Below are positions 38,275 through 47,248 of a stretch of DNA of 64,000 bases, in pieces. The notes under the pieces were generated by a model. It ran no database searches, was not told the DNA's origin, and saw only the letters and a list, made by a program, of their open reading frames with translations. How positions within the stretch are numbered: the first letter of the stretch is position 1; each line of letters opens with the position of its first letter. Origin of the DNA: Macrostomum lignano. Lineage: Eukaryota. The position numbers and the translations under genes are program-made. Where the stretch lies: positions 37,308 to 101,307 of the forward strand of contig NIVC01003372.1 of NCBI GenBank assembly GCA_002269645.1, in the 5' to 3' direction.

Positions 38275-39144
38275 TGTAGTGCATGCGCCCTTGTCAGTTG
38301 GCAGGGCGCGTTGCACTTTGGGGCTGGTTGGGGGGGTTGGCGGGCGTGGCAGGGTCTGGCCCCGGCCGGGCTTTGCGCGTGCCCCTCCCCAGCCGTGCCC
38401 CTGCCCCGTGCTCAGGGCTGGTTGGCTGCGGCCGGGCCAGCTTTGGCGCGGGTGCAGCCCCTCCCCCCTTAGGCGGGGTTTTGATTGGCTGGGCCGGCGT
38501 GGTTTGTTTTGGTGAGCTTAGCCGGTGGGGCCGTCTGCCCCAGGGTTTGGGTGCTATTTATGGTGCGACTCTGGCTCTTGCCCACCACCTGCGTGCTTTT
38601 TGGTGTTTTGGTGTGCTCCGAGAGTGCAAGCGCGAGACCTGATAAAAGAAACAGCAACATTAGCTACTTGGATAAAAGAAACACAATAGCCTAATTGAGA
38701 AGAGTCTTGGAGAATTAAGAAGAAGTCGGAAACTGCGCTTGAGACCTGCGAATAATAAACGGTGAACAGTCATCTGGCCACTGGTAAGCCGCCTGCTGTT
38801 TGAGTCCTTTCTTTCCGGGAAGCTTGCTAGGCCGAATTCTTGCCAGAGCGTCATAACGCCGGGAGACCATATAGCTTCTGTAGTACGGTACCGTTTACCA
38901 TATATATTGCGTACGCCTTACGGTATAGAGAATAGAAGCACTCGAGAGTGTCACCACACCTCAAGCCGCAGCGTGAACTCTGAGTGTCACAACACCAGAG
39001 GGATCGAATTATTATCGCAGAGCGTCGCCACGCCTGCTCGTCGTATTCATAAAAGTACAGACAGAGCGTCACAACGCCTGTTATTTCACATATAATATAT
39101 ATTGTACTCGGGACTGGGCACCCAAGCCGACCCGGGTTACAACA
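38275..39144 (+). repeat. 5' LTR (870 bp)
   Basis: TGTAGT...TACAACA; AATAAA at 38754-38759; matches 47249-48118 at a constant offset of 8974. Confidence 0.95.
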
Positions 39145-39147
39145 AAT

Positions 39148-39165
39148 TGGCGCCCGAACAGGGAC
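39148..39165 (+). promoter_or_regulatory. Primer-binding site complementary to the 3' end of tRNA-Lys(UUU)
   Basis: TGGCGCCCGAACAGGGAC, 3 nt after the LTR. Confidence 0.92.
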
Positions 39166-39389
39166 CCTGTCCCCAAAGATTGAAAGTCGGCTCAGTTGCT
39201 TTCTATGAAAATTGCTGTCATATTGTGAGCGTTTTTTCTTATTAAAACGACTGTTGCTTATCGCTTGCGGCTATTGCCCTACCGCAAAAGACATTGATCA
39301 CGGTGACAGACAACTGATTGGTTATCAGAGATCGATAGCTATCACCACCTCAGAGTAAAGAGTAGCAACGGTATTCAGTGACTTCGGCC

Positions 39390-40310
39390 ATGGGTGATCA
39401 AGCTATGGACCAACTGATCGATGCGCTGGCTGCGCGCCTCAGAGCCAACGCCGACCGAGCAGCGCCACGACTCTCGAAGCCGCCCAAGTACATACCAACG
39501 ATGAATTTCAGCCTATGGCTGCAGAGTTTCAACGAGTACTGCGAGGCTGTCGGTATAGAAGAAGAAGCCAGGCGGCCGCACCTGATCGGCCTACTCGACC
39601 TCACAACAGCCTACGCTGCCGTTGATAAGCTGGACTTGGCAGACGACATCGAGTACGGGGAATTCACGGATGCACTACTGGCGCGGTTCACCATGAACAG
39701 AACAGCCCAGGACTACCGTTTTGAATTATCGAATCGAGATCAGCTAGACAAGGAGTCTGTGGAGACCTACGGGGACGAGCTGCTGGAGTTGGTGCGCAAT
39801 GCCTTCCCCACCGCGGATGCCGACACCAGGACAGAGCTGGCGAAAGACAGATTTCTAAAAGGCGTTCGAGTAACCGACACTGTCCGAGAAAGACTGTACC
39901 TGCAGCAGCCGGCCAACCTCACCGATGCCATTCGAACAGTAAGACAACTTGAAGCAGCCCAGAAGGCGTCTTCGACCCAGTCCAAAGCCAGACCCAGGGC
40001 TGGGCTGAATGCCTTTGCCACCGAAACGTCGACAGGTGACACCGGCAAAGACGAGGAGCTACGCCAACTGCGTCAAAAAGTAAAGGAAATGGAAGAAAAG
40101 ATCCGACGGATGGAGCAGATGCAGCAGGGCCAGCAGGAGCCGCCCGAACCCGGCCTTCAAGACAAGCAACAATCCAAGCAGGCGGCTCCGTCCAGCTCGA
40201 AGCAGCGTAGCGGTGTCAAGTGCTACAACTGCGGGGAGATAGGCCATCTCTCATTCCAGTGCCCAAAGCCGGGAAAAGGCAAGAGGGGCCCACCAGCTGG
40301 AGGCAAGTGA
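39390..40310 (+). CDS. gag: Gypsy Gag with CCHC zinc knuckle
   Basis: gccATGg start, capsid-like region, and CYNCGEIGHLSFQC. Confidence 0.92.
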   Translation: MGDQAMDQLIDALAARLRANADRAAPRLSKPPKYIPTMNFSLWLQSFNEYCEAVGIEEEARRPHLIGLLDLTTAYAAVDKLDLADDIEYGEFTDALLARFTMNRTAQDYRFELSNRDQLDKESVETYGDELLELVRNAFPTADADTRTELAKDRFLKGVRVTDTVRERLYLQQPANLTDAIRTVRQLEAAQKASSTQSKARPRAGLNAFATETSTGDTGKDEELRQLRQKVKEMEEKIRRMEQMQQGQQEPPEPGLQDKQQSKQAAPSSSKQRSGVKCYNCGEIGHLSFQCPKPGKGKRGPPAGGK

Positions 40311-43300
40311 GCCCCTGCAATTCGTCAGCCTCCGAACAAGCCGTCATCTCATCTCATCATCATCAAACGCCCGGTACCGCATCTCATCAGCCTCCAGTGT
40401 CCGGTACTGCGCCTCATCAGAATCCAGTGTCCGGTACTGCGTCTCATCAGCCTCCAGTGTCCGGTACAGTACCTCATCAGCATCCAGTGTCCGGTACTGC
40501 GGCTCATCAGCATCCAGTGTCCGGTACTGCGCCTCATCAGCATCCAGTGTCCGGTACAGCGTCTCATCAGCCTCCAGTGTCCGGTACTGCGTCTCATCAG
40601 CATCCAGTGTTCGGTACAGTACCTCATCAGCATCCAGTGTCCGGTACTGCGTCTCATCAGCCTCCAGTGTCCGGTACAGTACCTCATCAGCATCCAGTGT
40701 CCGGTACTGCGGCTCATCAGCATCCAGTGTCCGGTACTGCGCCTCATCAGCATCCAGTGTCCGGTACAGCGTCTCATCAGCCTCCAGTGTCCGGTACTGC
40801 GTCTCATCAGCATCCAGTGTTCGGTACAGTACCTCATCAGCATCCAGTGTCCGGTACTGCGTCTCATCAGCCTCCAGTGTCCGGTACAGTATCTCATCAG
40901 CATCCAGTGTCCGGTACTGCGTCTCATCAGCATCCAGTGTCCGGTACTGCGCCTCATCAGCATCCAGTGTCCGGTACTGCGTCTCATCAGCCTCTAGTGT
41001 CCGGTACTGCGTCTCATCAGCCTCCAGTGTCCGGTACTGCGTCTCATCAGCATCCAGTGTCCGGTACAGTGCCTCATCAGCCTCCAGCGTCCGGTACTGC
41101 ACCTCACCATCAACTAGCCGGTTTTGCACAGTCGCAGCGCCCAATCACCGTCAACGCACCTCAGTCAATTCAAATCAATCCTGCGTCGATATATGTTACG
41201 GCCTCAATCGCAGGGCGGAGGGTGAACGCGCTAGTGGACTCGGGAGCTTCCTGCACCATTATCTCACGGGAAGCTTACCAAAGTATGCCGAAACAGAGCG
41301 TCAGAGATTTGGCCGGTGCTGAAGGCTACGTTAGCTTAGCAAACGGCAGCCCGATCGAAATCGAGAGAACAGTCCTGTTGCGACTGTCAATCGCTGATAA
41401 AGTAATAGATACTCCAGCCTTGGTAGTCAGCGGAGTGAAGTACCAACTGGTATTGGGATCCGACTTCTGCAGGGACAACAGTTGCGTCATCGACTACAAG
41501 ACAGCTGTCTTTTCAGTGCAGGACACTGCAATCCCGTTCCGATGGCAAGCTGAGCGCCCGATCGTTTGCAGAATTTTGGCGACAAGGTCCAGCACAATAC
41601 CGCCAGGTCATCAAGCAGTTCTGTCAGCAAGGCTGGAGAGCAAAGGACGACGGAACAGAGGGTGTGTCGGCCTAACTGAGAATCTCGGGGCGAACGATTT
41701 GGCAGCTGGCCGCTGGCTTGCTAAGGCCTTAGTGATCCCAAATAGCGGCAGCCGTCTGCCGACTCGACTCATCAATATCACGGAGGAGCCAGTCAGAATT
41801 CGCCAAGGTTGTACGCTCGGGTGGTTCTGCCCCCTAGAATCCACCGAACCGTTGAACACCATCAAGCTCTTAGCCGTAGAGTCAGGAGACGATCCACAGG
41901 AAGAGCCGAAGGTCCAAGGCAGCAACAGCCCTTCGGAAGCAGACTTGCTACCAAACTCGTACGGCGACTGTGGACTGTCGACGAAAGAAGACGAAGAATT
42001 TAGAATCCTTGTCCGGAGTTACAGCGATGTGTTCACGACCAAGCAGACTTCAAGCAAGTTAACTACCGTGGTGGAGCATGAAATTAACACCGAGAATGCG
42101 CGCCCAATCAAGATCCCACCGCGTCGTCTGCCTCCCCACTTACAGCCAGAAGTAGATCGTCAAGTCAACGAGTTGCTGGAAAAGGGGCAGATCGAAGAAG
42201 CACAGTCACCATGGTGCTTTCCTTTGGTGTGTGTAAAGAAGAAATCAGGGGAAATGAGGATGTGCGTCGATTATCGGAAGTTGAATGAGGTCACCGTCAA
42301 GGATGCAGTGCCGATGCCGAGGGTCGATGATGCGCTGGAGGCAGTACACGGCGCCAAGATCTTCTCGACAATGGACCTTCACAGCGGGTTTTGGCAAGTA
42401 GGGGTGAGACCTCAGGATCAGGACAAGACGGCGTTTGCAGTGCCGCATCGCGGACCATTTCGATGGAAGGTTATGCCGTTCGGCTTAGTGAACAGCCCAG
42501 CAACATTCACCAGGTTGATGGCAGCCGTTCTGGACAAGCAGATATGGAAAACCTGTCTCGTCTACATCGACGATCTACTGGTTTGGTCAACCGACGTGGA
42601 TGAACACCTGAGAAGACTGGAGGAAATATTCAGCAAGTTGCGGCAAGCAAATTTGTGCCTGAAGCCCCAGAAGTGTCACTTTTTGCAAAAGCAAGTGAAA
42701 TTTCTCGGTCACACGCTGTCGGCTGCTGGCATCAGTACCGATGAGGAGAAAGTTCAAGAAGTGAAGAACTGGCCAACACCGCGATCCTCGACGGAGCTGC
42801 ATTCATTCTTGGGCCTGTGTGGCTATTACAGAAAGTTTATTAAAGATTTCGCCGCAATAGCAGCGCCTCTAACTCGATTGACAACAAAAGACGCAAAGTT
42901 TGAATGGAAAACGGAACAGCAGCTGGCGTTCGAAACATTGAAGGAACGAATGACAAGTTCAGAGGTTATGGCTCATCCGGATTTCTCCCCGGATGCCGGA
43001 GAGTTTATCCTCGATACTGATGGCAGTTCGAAGATGGGCATAGGAGCGGTACTTTCTCAAGTCCAGCCAGATGGAGCAGAACGAGTGATCGCCTATGGGT
43101 CCAAGACACTAAATCAAGCCGAACGCAACTATTGTACGACTCGTTTAGAACTACTAGCGGTTGTGACTTTCATCATGAAGTTCAGATACTATCTGCTTGG
43201 AAAAGCGTTCTGTCTGCGAACGGACCACAGCAGCCTGCAATGGTTAAAAAACTTCAGTGACGCCGAGGGACAGGTTGCTCGCTGGTTGGAGAAGTTGGCT

Positions 43301-45007
43301 CCATTTCAGTACCGCATCGTTCACAGACCAGGTCGATCGCATGGCAACGCGGACGCAATGTCGAGGAAGCCAGTACGGAGACATTTCGGAGCGGAGACAT
43401 GCCCGGCATGTGCGCAGCATCCAGAAGGACTAAATGCAGTCGAATTTGAACGATTCTCAGCCGGCAATCTGGCAAGCGAGCAGGATCAAGACGACGATTT
43501 GAGAACAGTAAAGGAAGCGCTTGGCTCAAACCCAGTTCCAGATAAAAGCGAGACAGCTTGGAGTCCACTGGCTAGAGCCGTCTGGACTCGAAAAGACGAC
43601 CTGGTGCTGCAAGAGAACGTGCTCCTTGTGAGAAACAAAGACAGGCGCGATGAGTATCAAATGGTGCTGCCACGAAAGGCATTGGATCGTATCTTGAAAA
43701 CCCTACACGAGGGAGTGGGAGGTGGCCACATGGGCTTTGCGAAGACAAAATTTAAAGTGCTTCAGCGCTACTGGCGTCCAGGATTGTCTCGTGCCATTGA
43801 AGAATATATTCGCGGTTGTGCCACCTGCTGCAAGTCAAAGCCGGGCAAGCGAAACCGAGCACCCCTGCAACCGTTGACATTCGCAGCACCATTCGATTGC
43901 GTCATGATGGACATTGTCGGGCCGCTACCGCGGAGTAAGGCTGGAAACATTTATCTCCTGACAGTCCAAGATTCGTTTACGAAGTGGCCTGACGCGTACC
44001 CGCTTCGCAACCAGAAGGCAAGGACGGTGGCAAGGGCGCTTTTCAATCGATGGATTAGCCAGCATGGGTGTCCGAGTACTTTGCACAGCGACCAAGGAAG
44101 AAACTTCGAATCGCAAGTGATGCGCGAAATGTGCAGGATACTCGAGATCCGCAAGTCCAGAACAACAGCTTATCATCCGAGCGGAAATGGACAAGTAGAA
44201 AACTTCAATAAAAGTTTAAAATCCATCCTCAAGTGCTGCCTAGAGGACTCAGGACGAAACGACTGGGAAGAATTCGTCAGCTCTGCGTTAATGGCGTACC
44301 GATCAAGCGTGCATCGAGCAACGGGTTATACTCCCCACTACATGGTCTATGGCACGGAGATGCGCCTACCGATAGACTTGACTGACCAGCCGCCACAGCC
44401 TGTCGATTCGCATGTAAATTTCGTCAAGGAGCTAGAAGACAAATTGCAGACAGCTCATCGCGCTGCTCGACAGCAGTTGAATACTTATCAGCGGCGACAG
44501 AAGGACCAGTACGATAAAAGAACCCGAGGATCCGATATTCAGGAGGGTGACCATGTCTTCGTCTACAGCCCCGCCCTGAAACCAGACGAAGCCGCAAAGT
44601 TTCACGTAAGCTGGCTCGGCCCAGTGAAGGTGCTCGAAAGAAGATCCGAGGTGCTCTTCAAAGTGGAAAACCCGTCAAATCGTAAAAAGTCGAAGTTCGT
44701 CCACTTCAACAACCTCCGGAAGTTCGCTCGACCGGCCGCCCTGGAAACACCAGTTAGGACCGCGGCACCGCCGGAGGTGGTCGACGAGACGGACTCGGAG
44801 ACAGAGGCGGAATGCGAGACTTGGACTCGGCCTCAACTGATGCCGCCACAGGACGCCGAGGAAGTCGCCGAGGTGCTGGAAGAGCAGATGGAGTTGGTTG
44901 ACGACCCGCAGCCTACTCATAACCCGGTGGAAGCTGCACCTGAGCCTCGAAGGTCCGGAAGGTTGCGACGGCCGCCGGATCGCTACGGCCAGCCAGTGAC
45001 ATTCTAA
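40220..45007 (+). CDS. pol: Gypsy Pol (10-aa repeat tract, aspartic protease, RT, RNase H, integrase); -1 frame relative to gag
   Basis: LVDSGASC (PR); PFGL..SP and YIDD (RT); ILDTDGS, YCTTRLELLAV (RH); H..GGH...C..C, DIVGP, HSDQG, ENFN (IN). Uninterrupted 1595-codon ORF. Confidence 0.97.
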   Translation: MLQLRGDRPSLIPVPKAGKRQEGPTSWRQVSPCNSSASEQAVISSHHHQTPGTASHQPPVSGTAPHQNPVSGTASHQPPVSGTVPHQHPVSGTAAHQHPVSGTAPHQHPVSGTASHQPPVSGTASHQHPVFGTVPHQHPVSGTASHQPPVSGTVPHQHPVSGTAAHQHPVSGTAPHQHPVSGTASHQPPVSGTASHQHPVFGTVPHQHPVSGTASHQPPVSGTVSHQHPVSGTASHQHPVSGTAPHQHPVSGTASHQPLVSGTASHQPPVSGTASHQHPVSGTVPHQPPASGTAPHHQLAGFAQSQRPITVNAPQSIQINPASIYVTASIAGRRVNALVDSGASCTIISREAYQSMPKQSVRDLAGAEGYVSLANGSPIEIERTVLLRLSIADKVIDTPALVVSGVKYQLVLGSDFCRDNSCVIDYKTAVFSVQDTAIPFRWQAERPIVCRILATRSSTIPPGHQAVLSARLESKGRRNRGCVGLTENLGANDLAAGRWLAKALVIPNSGSRLPTRLINITEEPVRIRQGCTLGWFCPLESTEPLNTIKLLAVESGDDPQEEPKVQGSNSPSEADLLPNSYGDCGLSTKEDEEFRILVRSYSDVFTTKQTSSKLTTVVEHEINTENARPIKIPPRRLPPHLQPEVDRQVNELLEKGQIEEAQSPWCFPLVCVKKKSGEMRMCVDYRKLNEVTVKDAVPMPRVDDALEAVHGAKIFSTMDLHSGFWQVGVRPQDQDKTAFAVPHRGPFRWKVMPFGLVNSPATFTRLMAAVLDKQIWKTCLVYIDDLLVWSTDVDEHLRRLEEIFSKLRQANLCLKPQKCHFLQKQVKFLGHTLSAAGISTDEEKVQEVKNWPTPRSSTELHSFLGLCGYYRKFIKDFAAIAAPLTRLTTKDAKFEWKTEQQLAFETLKERMTSSEVMAHPDFSPDAGEFILDTDGSSKMGIGAVLSQVQPDGAERVIAYGSKTLNQAERNYCTTRLELLAVVTFIMKFRYYLLGKAFCLRTDHSSLQWLKNFSDAEGQVARWLEKLAPFQYRIVHRPGRSHGNADAMSRKPVRRHFGAETCPACAQHPEGLNAVEFERFSAGNLASEQDQDDDLRTVKEALGSNPVPDKSETAWSPLARAVWTRKDDLVLQENVLLVRNKDRRDEYQMVLPRKALDRILKTLHEGVGGGHMGFAKTKFKVLQRYWRPGLSRAIEEYIRGCATCCKSKPGKRNRAPLQPLTFAAPFDCVMMDIVGPLPRSKAGNIYLLTVQDSFTKWPDAYPLRNQKARTVARALFNRWISQHGCPSTLHSDQGRNFESQVMREMCRILEIRKSRTTAYHPSGNGQVENFNKSLKSILKCCLEDSGRNDWEEFVSSALMAYRSSVHRATGYTPHYMVYGTEMRLPIDLTDQPPQPVDSHVNFVKELEDKLQTAHRAARQQLNTYQRRQKDQYDKRTRGSDIQEGDHVFVYSPALKPDEAAKFHVSWLGPVKVLERRSEVLFKVENPSNRKKSKFVHFNNLRKFARPAALETPVRTAAPPEVVDETDSETEAECETWTRPQLMPPQDAEEVAEVLEEQMELVDDPQPTHNPVEAAPEPRRSGRLRRPPDRYGQPVTF
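40271..40316 (+). promoter_or_regulatory. Putative -1 ribosomal frameshift signal (G GGA AAA plus downstream stem-loop)
   Basis: In-phase X XXY YYZ heptamer at 40271-40277 in the gag/pol overlap; aggggc-c-cac (40284-40293) pairs with gtg-a-gcccct (40307-40316). Confidence 0.65.
40372..41110 (+). repeat. Coding 30-bp minisatellite (~24 x SGT(A/V)(S/P/A)HQ(P/H)PV) at the start of the Pol frame
   Basis: Directly visible; includes a 210-bp block duplication (40441 versus 40651). Confidence 0.95.
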
Positions 45008-45421
45008 TGGGTTACTCGTCATCGTGAAGTCTCATCAGTTTCATATGCGATTATCGTTAAAAGCCAGAAAAATATTTCGCGAATGCGTCATTCATCATAA
45101 ATACGAGTACTTCATCAATGCATCATTCATCATGAGTACGAGCAGTTCGCCAATGCGTCATTCAAGAAATTCGTTAATGCGTCATTAAGTCATTTTAATC
45201 GCATCTTCATCGAAGTTTTGACGAGAATCAAATTTTGCCTACAAAATCTATGCATCGGTGGAGGGTATTCGGACTGGCATCCGGTGAAAACTCGAATTGG
45301 CGCTGGGACTTTACGATGCAGGGCCACGGTCCGAGGAGATGACGCTCTGGCAAGAGGGGAGCAGGAGTAAAATCTGGAGTCAGGGACAGTGTGTCGCAGG
45401 TTTGAGTACGTTGCTTTGCAG

Positions 45422-46369
45422 ATGGATTTGTACGCTGTCCTCCAAGTCGGACACACAGCCGAACGTGCCGAGATCAGGCGAGTCTATCGACAGCTAGCGC
45501 TCTTCTGGCACCCGGACAAGCACCCGGACAAGGAACTCGCAGGACGCCGTTTCCAAGAAATTGAGACTGCTGGTAGAATTCTATCGTGTCCATATCGCCG
45601 AGCGATGTACGACCAGTTGGGCGATAAATCAATCCCGTATGACGAGGCTGTAACCTTCGCAATGACGTTCATACCTCCTACTGGTGTAAGAATGCCGGCG
45701 GACATCGAAGAGGGAGTACAGCAAAGGCGAGAAGTTGAAGAAGCTCAGCGCAAGGAAGCTGGTCTCAGGCAGGGGAGACAGGGACAGAGGAACGATTACG
45801 AAGCGGATGGCTACATTCTAATCTCGGACGACGATGAGAGCGAGGAGTCGGATGAGTGTAGCATCGACACAGAAGAAGAAGACGAGTTGCTGGCATCGGA
45901 TGGCTCCTCCGGAAGTAGTGAGTCAGAAGCTATGGAGATCGATGTACCGGAAAGCAAGGAGGTTGTCTCACATCGCGCGTCGGGAGCAATATGGGATGAT
46001 GAAAAGCTGTCGTTATCGGCAGCTGCGCGTCAGCTCCGCCATCGTTTGATGAAGCATATTTTGGCTGGACAGTCGGACGGAATCGTGTCAGTGCTCACGG
46101 CTATGAGACGGCTGTTTCGAGACTCACAGCGAGAACCGAGGAGCGCACTGTCAGTGGTCCTGCTGCAGGCGTTGTTCTTCATCCGCAGAGATATCGCTCC
46201 GGTAAAGCGTCAGAGAGCAGGCCGCCGTTACTGGTCTAGGCAGAGTTTTGATTGTTTCGTCCGACAGCTCTGTCACGAGCTCATCCCGCTGTTCGGTTTG
46301 CGCCGGCCCGGCAGGCTGCTCGAGGTCCTGAAAAGCTGCGTCGGTCTCCCTGGACTTCGGGTTCGCTAG
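45422..46369 (+). CDS. Retrotransposon ORF3: N-terminal DnaJ/Hsp40 J-domain (HPD), acidic Ser/Glu/Asp linker, basic helical C-terminal region
   Basis: DLYAVLQV...AEIRRVYRQLALFWHPDKHPDKELAGRRFQEIETAGRILS...RRAMYD matches the J-domain consensus (DYY.ILGV...EIKKAYRKLAL..HPDKNP...A...F.EI..AY.VLSD...R..YD). It lies between the pol stop and the PPT. Confidence 0.88.
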   Translation: MDLYAVLQVGHTAERAEIRRVYRQLALFWHPDKHPDKELAGRRFQEIETAGRILSCPYRRAMYDQLGDKSIPYDEAVTFAMTFIPPTGVRMPADIEEGVQQRREVEEAQRKEAGLRQGRQGQRNDYEADGYILISDDDESEESDECSIDTEEEDELLASDGSSGSSESEAMEIDVPESKEVVSHRASGAIWDDEKLSLSAAARQLRHRLMKHILAGQSDGIVSVLTAMRRLFRDSQREPRSALSVVLLQALFFIRRDIAPVKRQRAGRRYWSRQSFDCFVRQLCHELIPLFGLRRPGRLLEVLKSCVGLPGLRVR

Positions 46370-46489
46370 GGTGCCCAGTTCCGATTCATACTGTATTTTC
46401 TGCTTACTTGTATGTATGTTGTTACGCTCGTACTGTATGGGTTTATTTGCATGCTAGTGGGGTCAAGCTTCCTGGGGGAATGGCTCAGC

Positions 46490-46990
46490 AGCTGTGCGGC
46501 GGCCACGTGCGCTTCCTGCCGGCTTCTGCGGCGGCCACGTGCGCTTCCTGCCGGCTTCTGCGGCGGCCACCTGCGCTTCCTGCCGGCTTCTGCGGCGGCC
46601 ACCTGCGCTTCCTGCCGGCTTCTGCGGCGGCCACCTGCGCTTCCTGCCGGCTTCTGCGGCGGCCACCTGCGCTTCCTGCCGGCTTCTGCGGCGGCCACGT
46701 GCGCTTCCCGCCCGGCCATCTGCGCGCCTCGCCCGGCCGCCTTCGCGTCTTGCCGGCCACCTGCGTGCCCTGCTGGCCATCTGCGCGTCCTGTCGGCAAC
46801 CTGCGCTTCCTGCCCGGCCATCTGCGCGTCCTGTCGGCAACCTGCGCTTCCCGCCCGGCCATCTGCGCTTCCTGTCGGCAACCTGCGCTTCCCGCCCGGC
46901 CATCTGCGCTTCCTGCCGGCCACCTGCGTGTCCTGTCGGCAACTTGCGCGTCCCGCCCGGCCATCTGCTCGTCCTGCCGGCCGCCTGCGA
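46490..46990. repeat. GC-rich tandem repeats (~33-bp cttcctgccggcttctgcggcggccacctgcg and related units) in the retroelement 3' region
   Basis: Directly visible. Confidence 0.85.
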
Positions 46991-47236
46991 TGGTTTTCTG
47001 TGCCGCCAGCTTTGAAAGCCTATTCCGTGCCCCGTGGTTGCTCCTGACGAACTCGCGTGCAGAATACTAGTACCTTTTTCATATTTCTCTTGCGGCAACC
47101 TTTTTTTTGCTTTTCCCTGTTGCATTAGTTTGTTCCCAATTTTTTTGTTGTTTTTGATAGTTTATTTCGCTTTGTTATTTCAAAATTTTTTGTCCCAGTC
47201 GCCGTGGTTCGAGCTCCGCCCTGTTTTTTTTTTTGT

Positions 47237-47248
47237 AGGAGGGGAGGG
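47237..47248 (+). promoter_or_regulatory. Polypurine tract
   Basis: AGGAGGGGAGGG immediately before the 3' LTR TG, preceded by a T-run. Confidence 0.9.

Noticed and set aside
38263-39095. Short ORFs in the LTRs (repeated at 47204-48069)
   Set aside because: No recognisable domains; by-products of GC-rich LTR sequence.
45422-46369. ORF3 as an env protein or a T-antigen-like Rb binder
   Set aside because: No signal peptide, furin site or TM anchor. I looked for LxCxE after the J-domain and did not find it.
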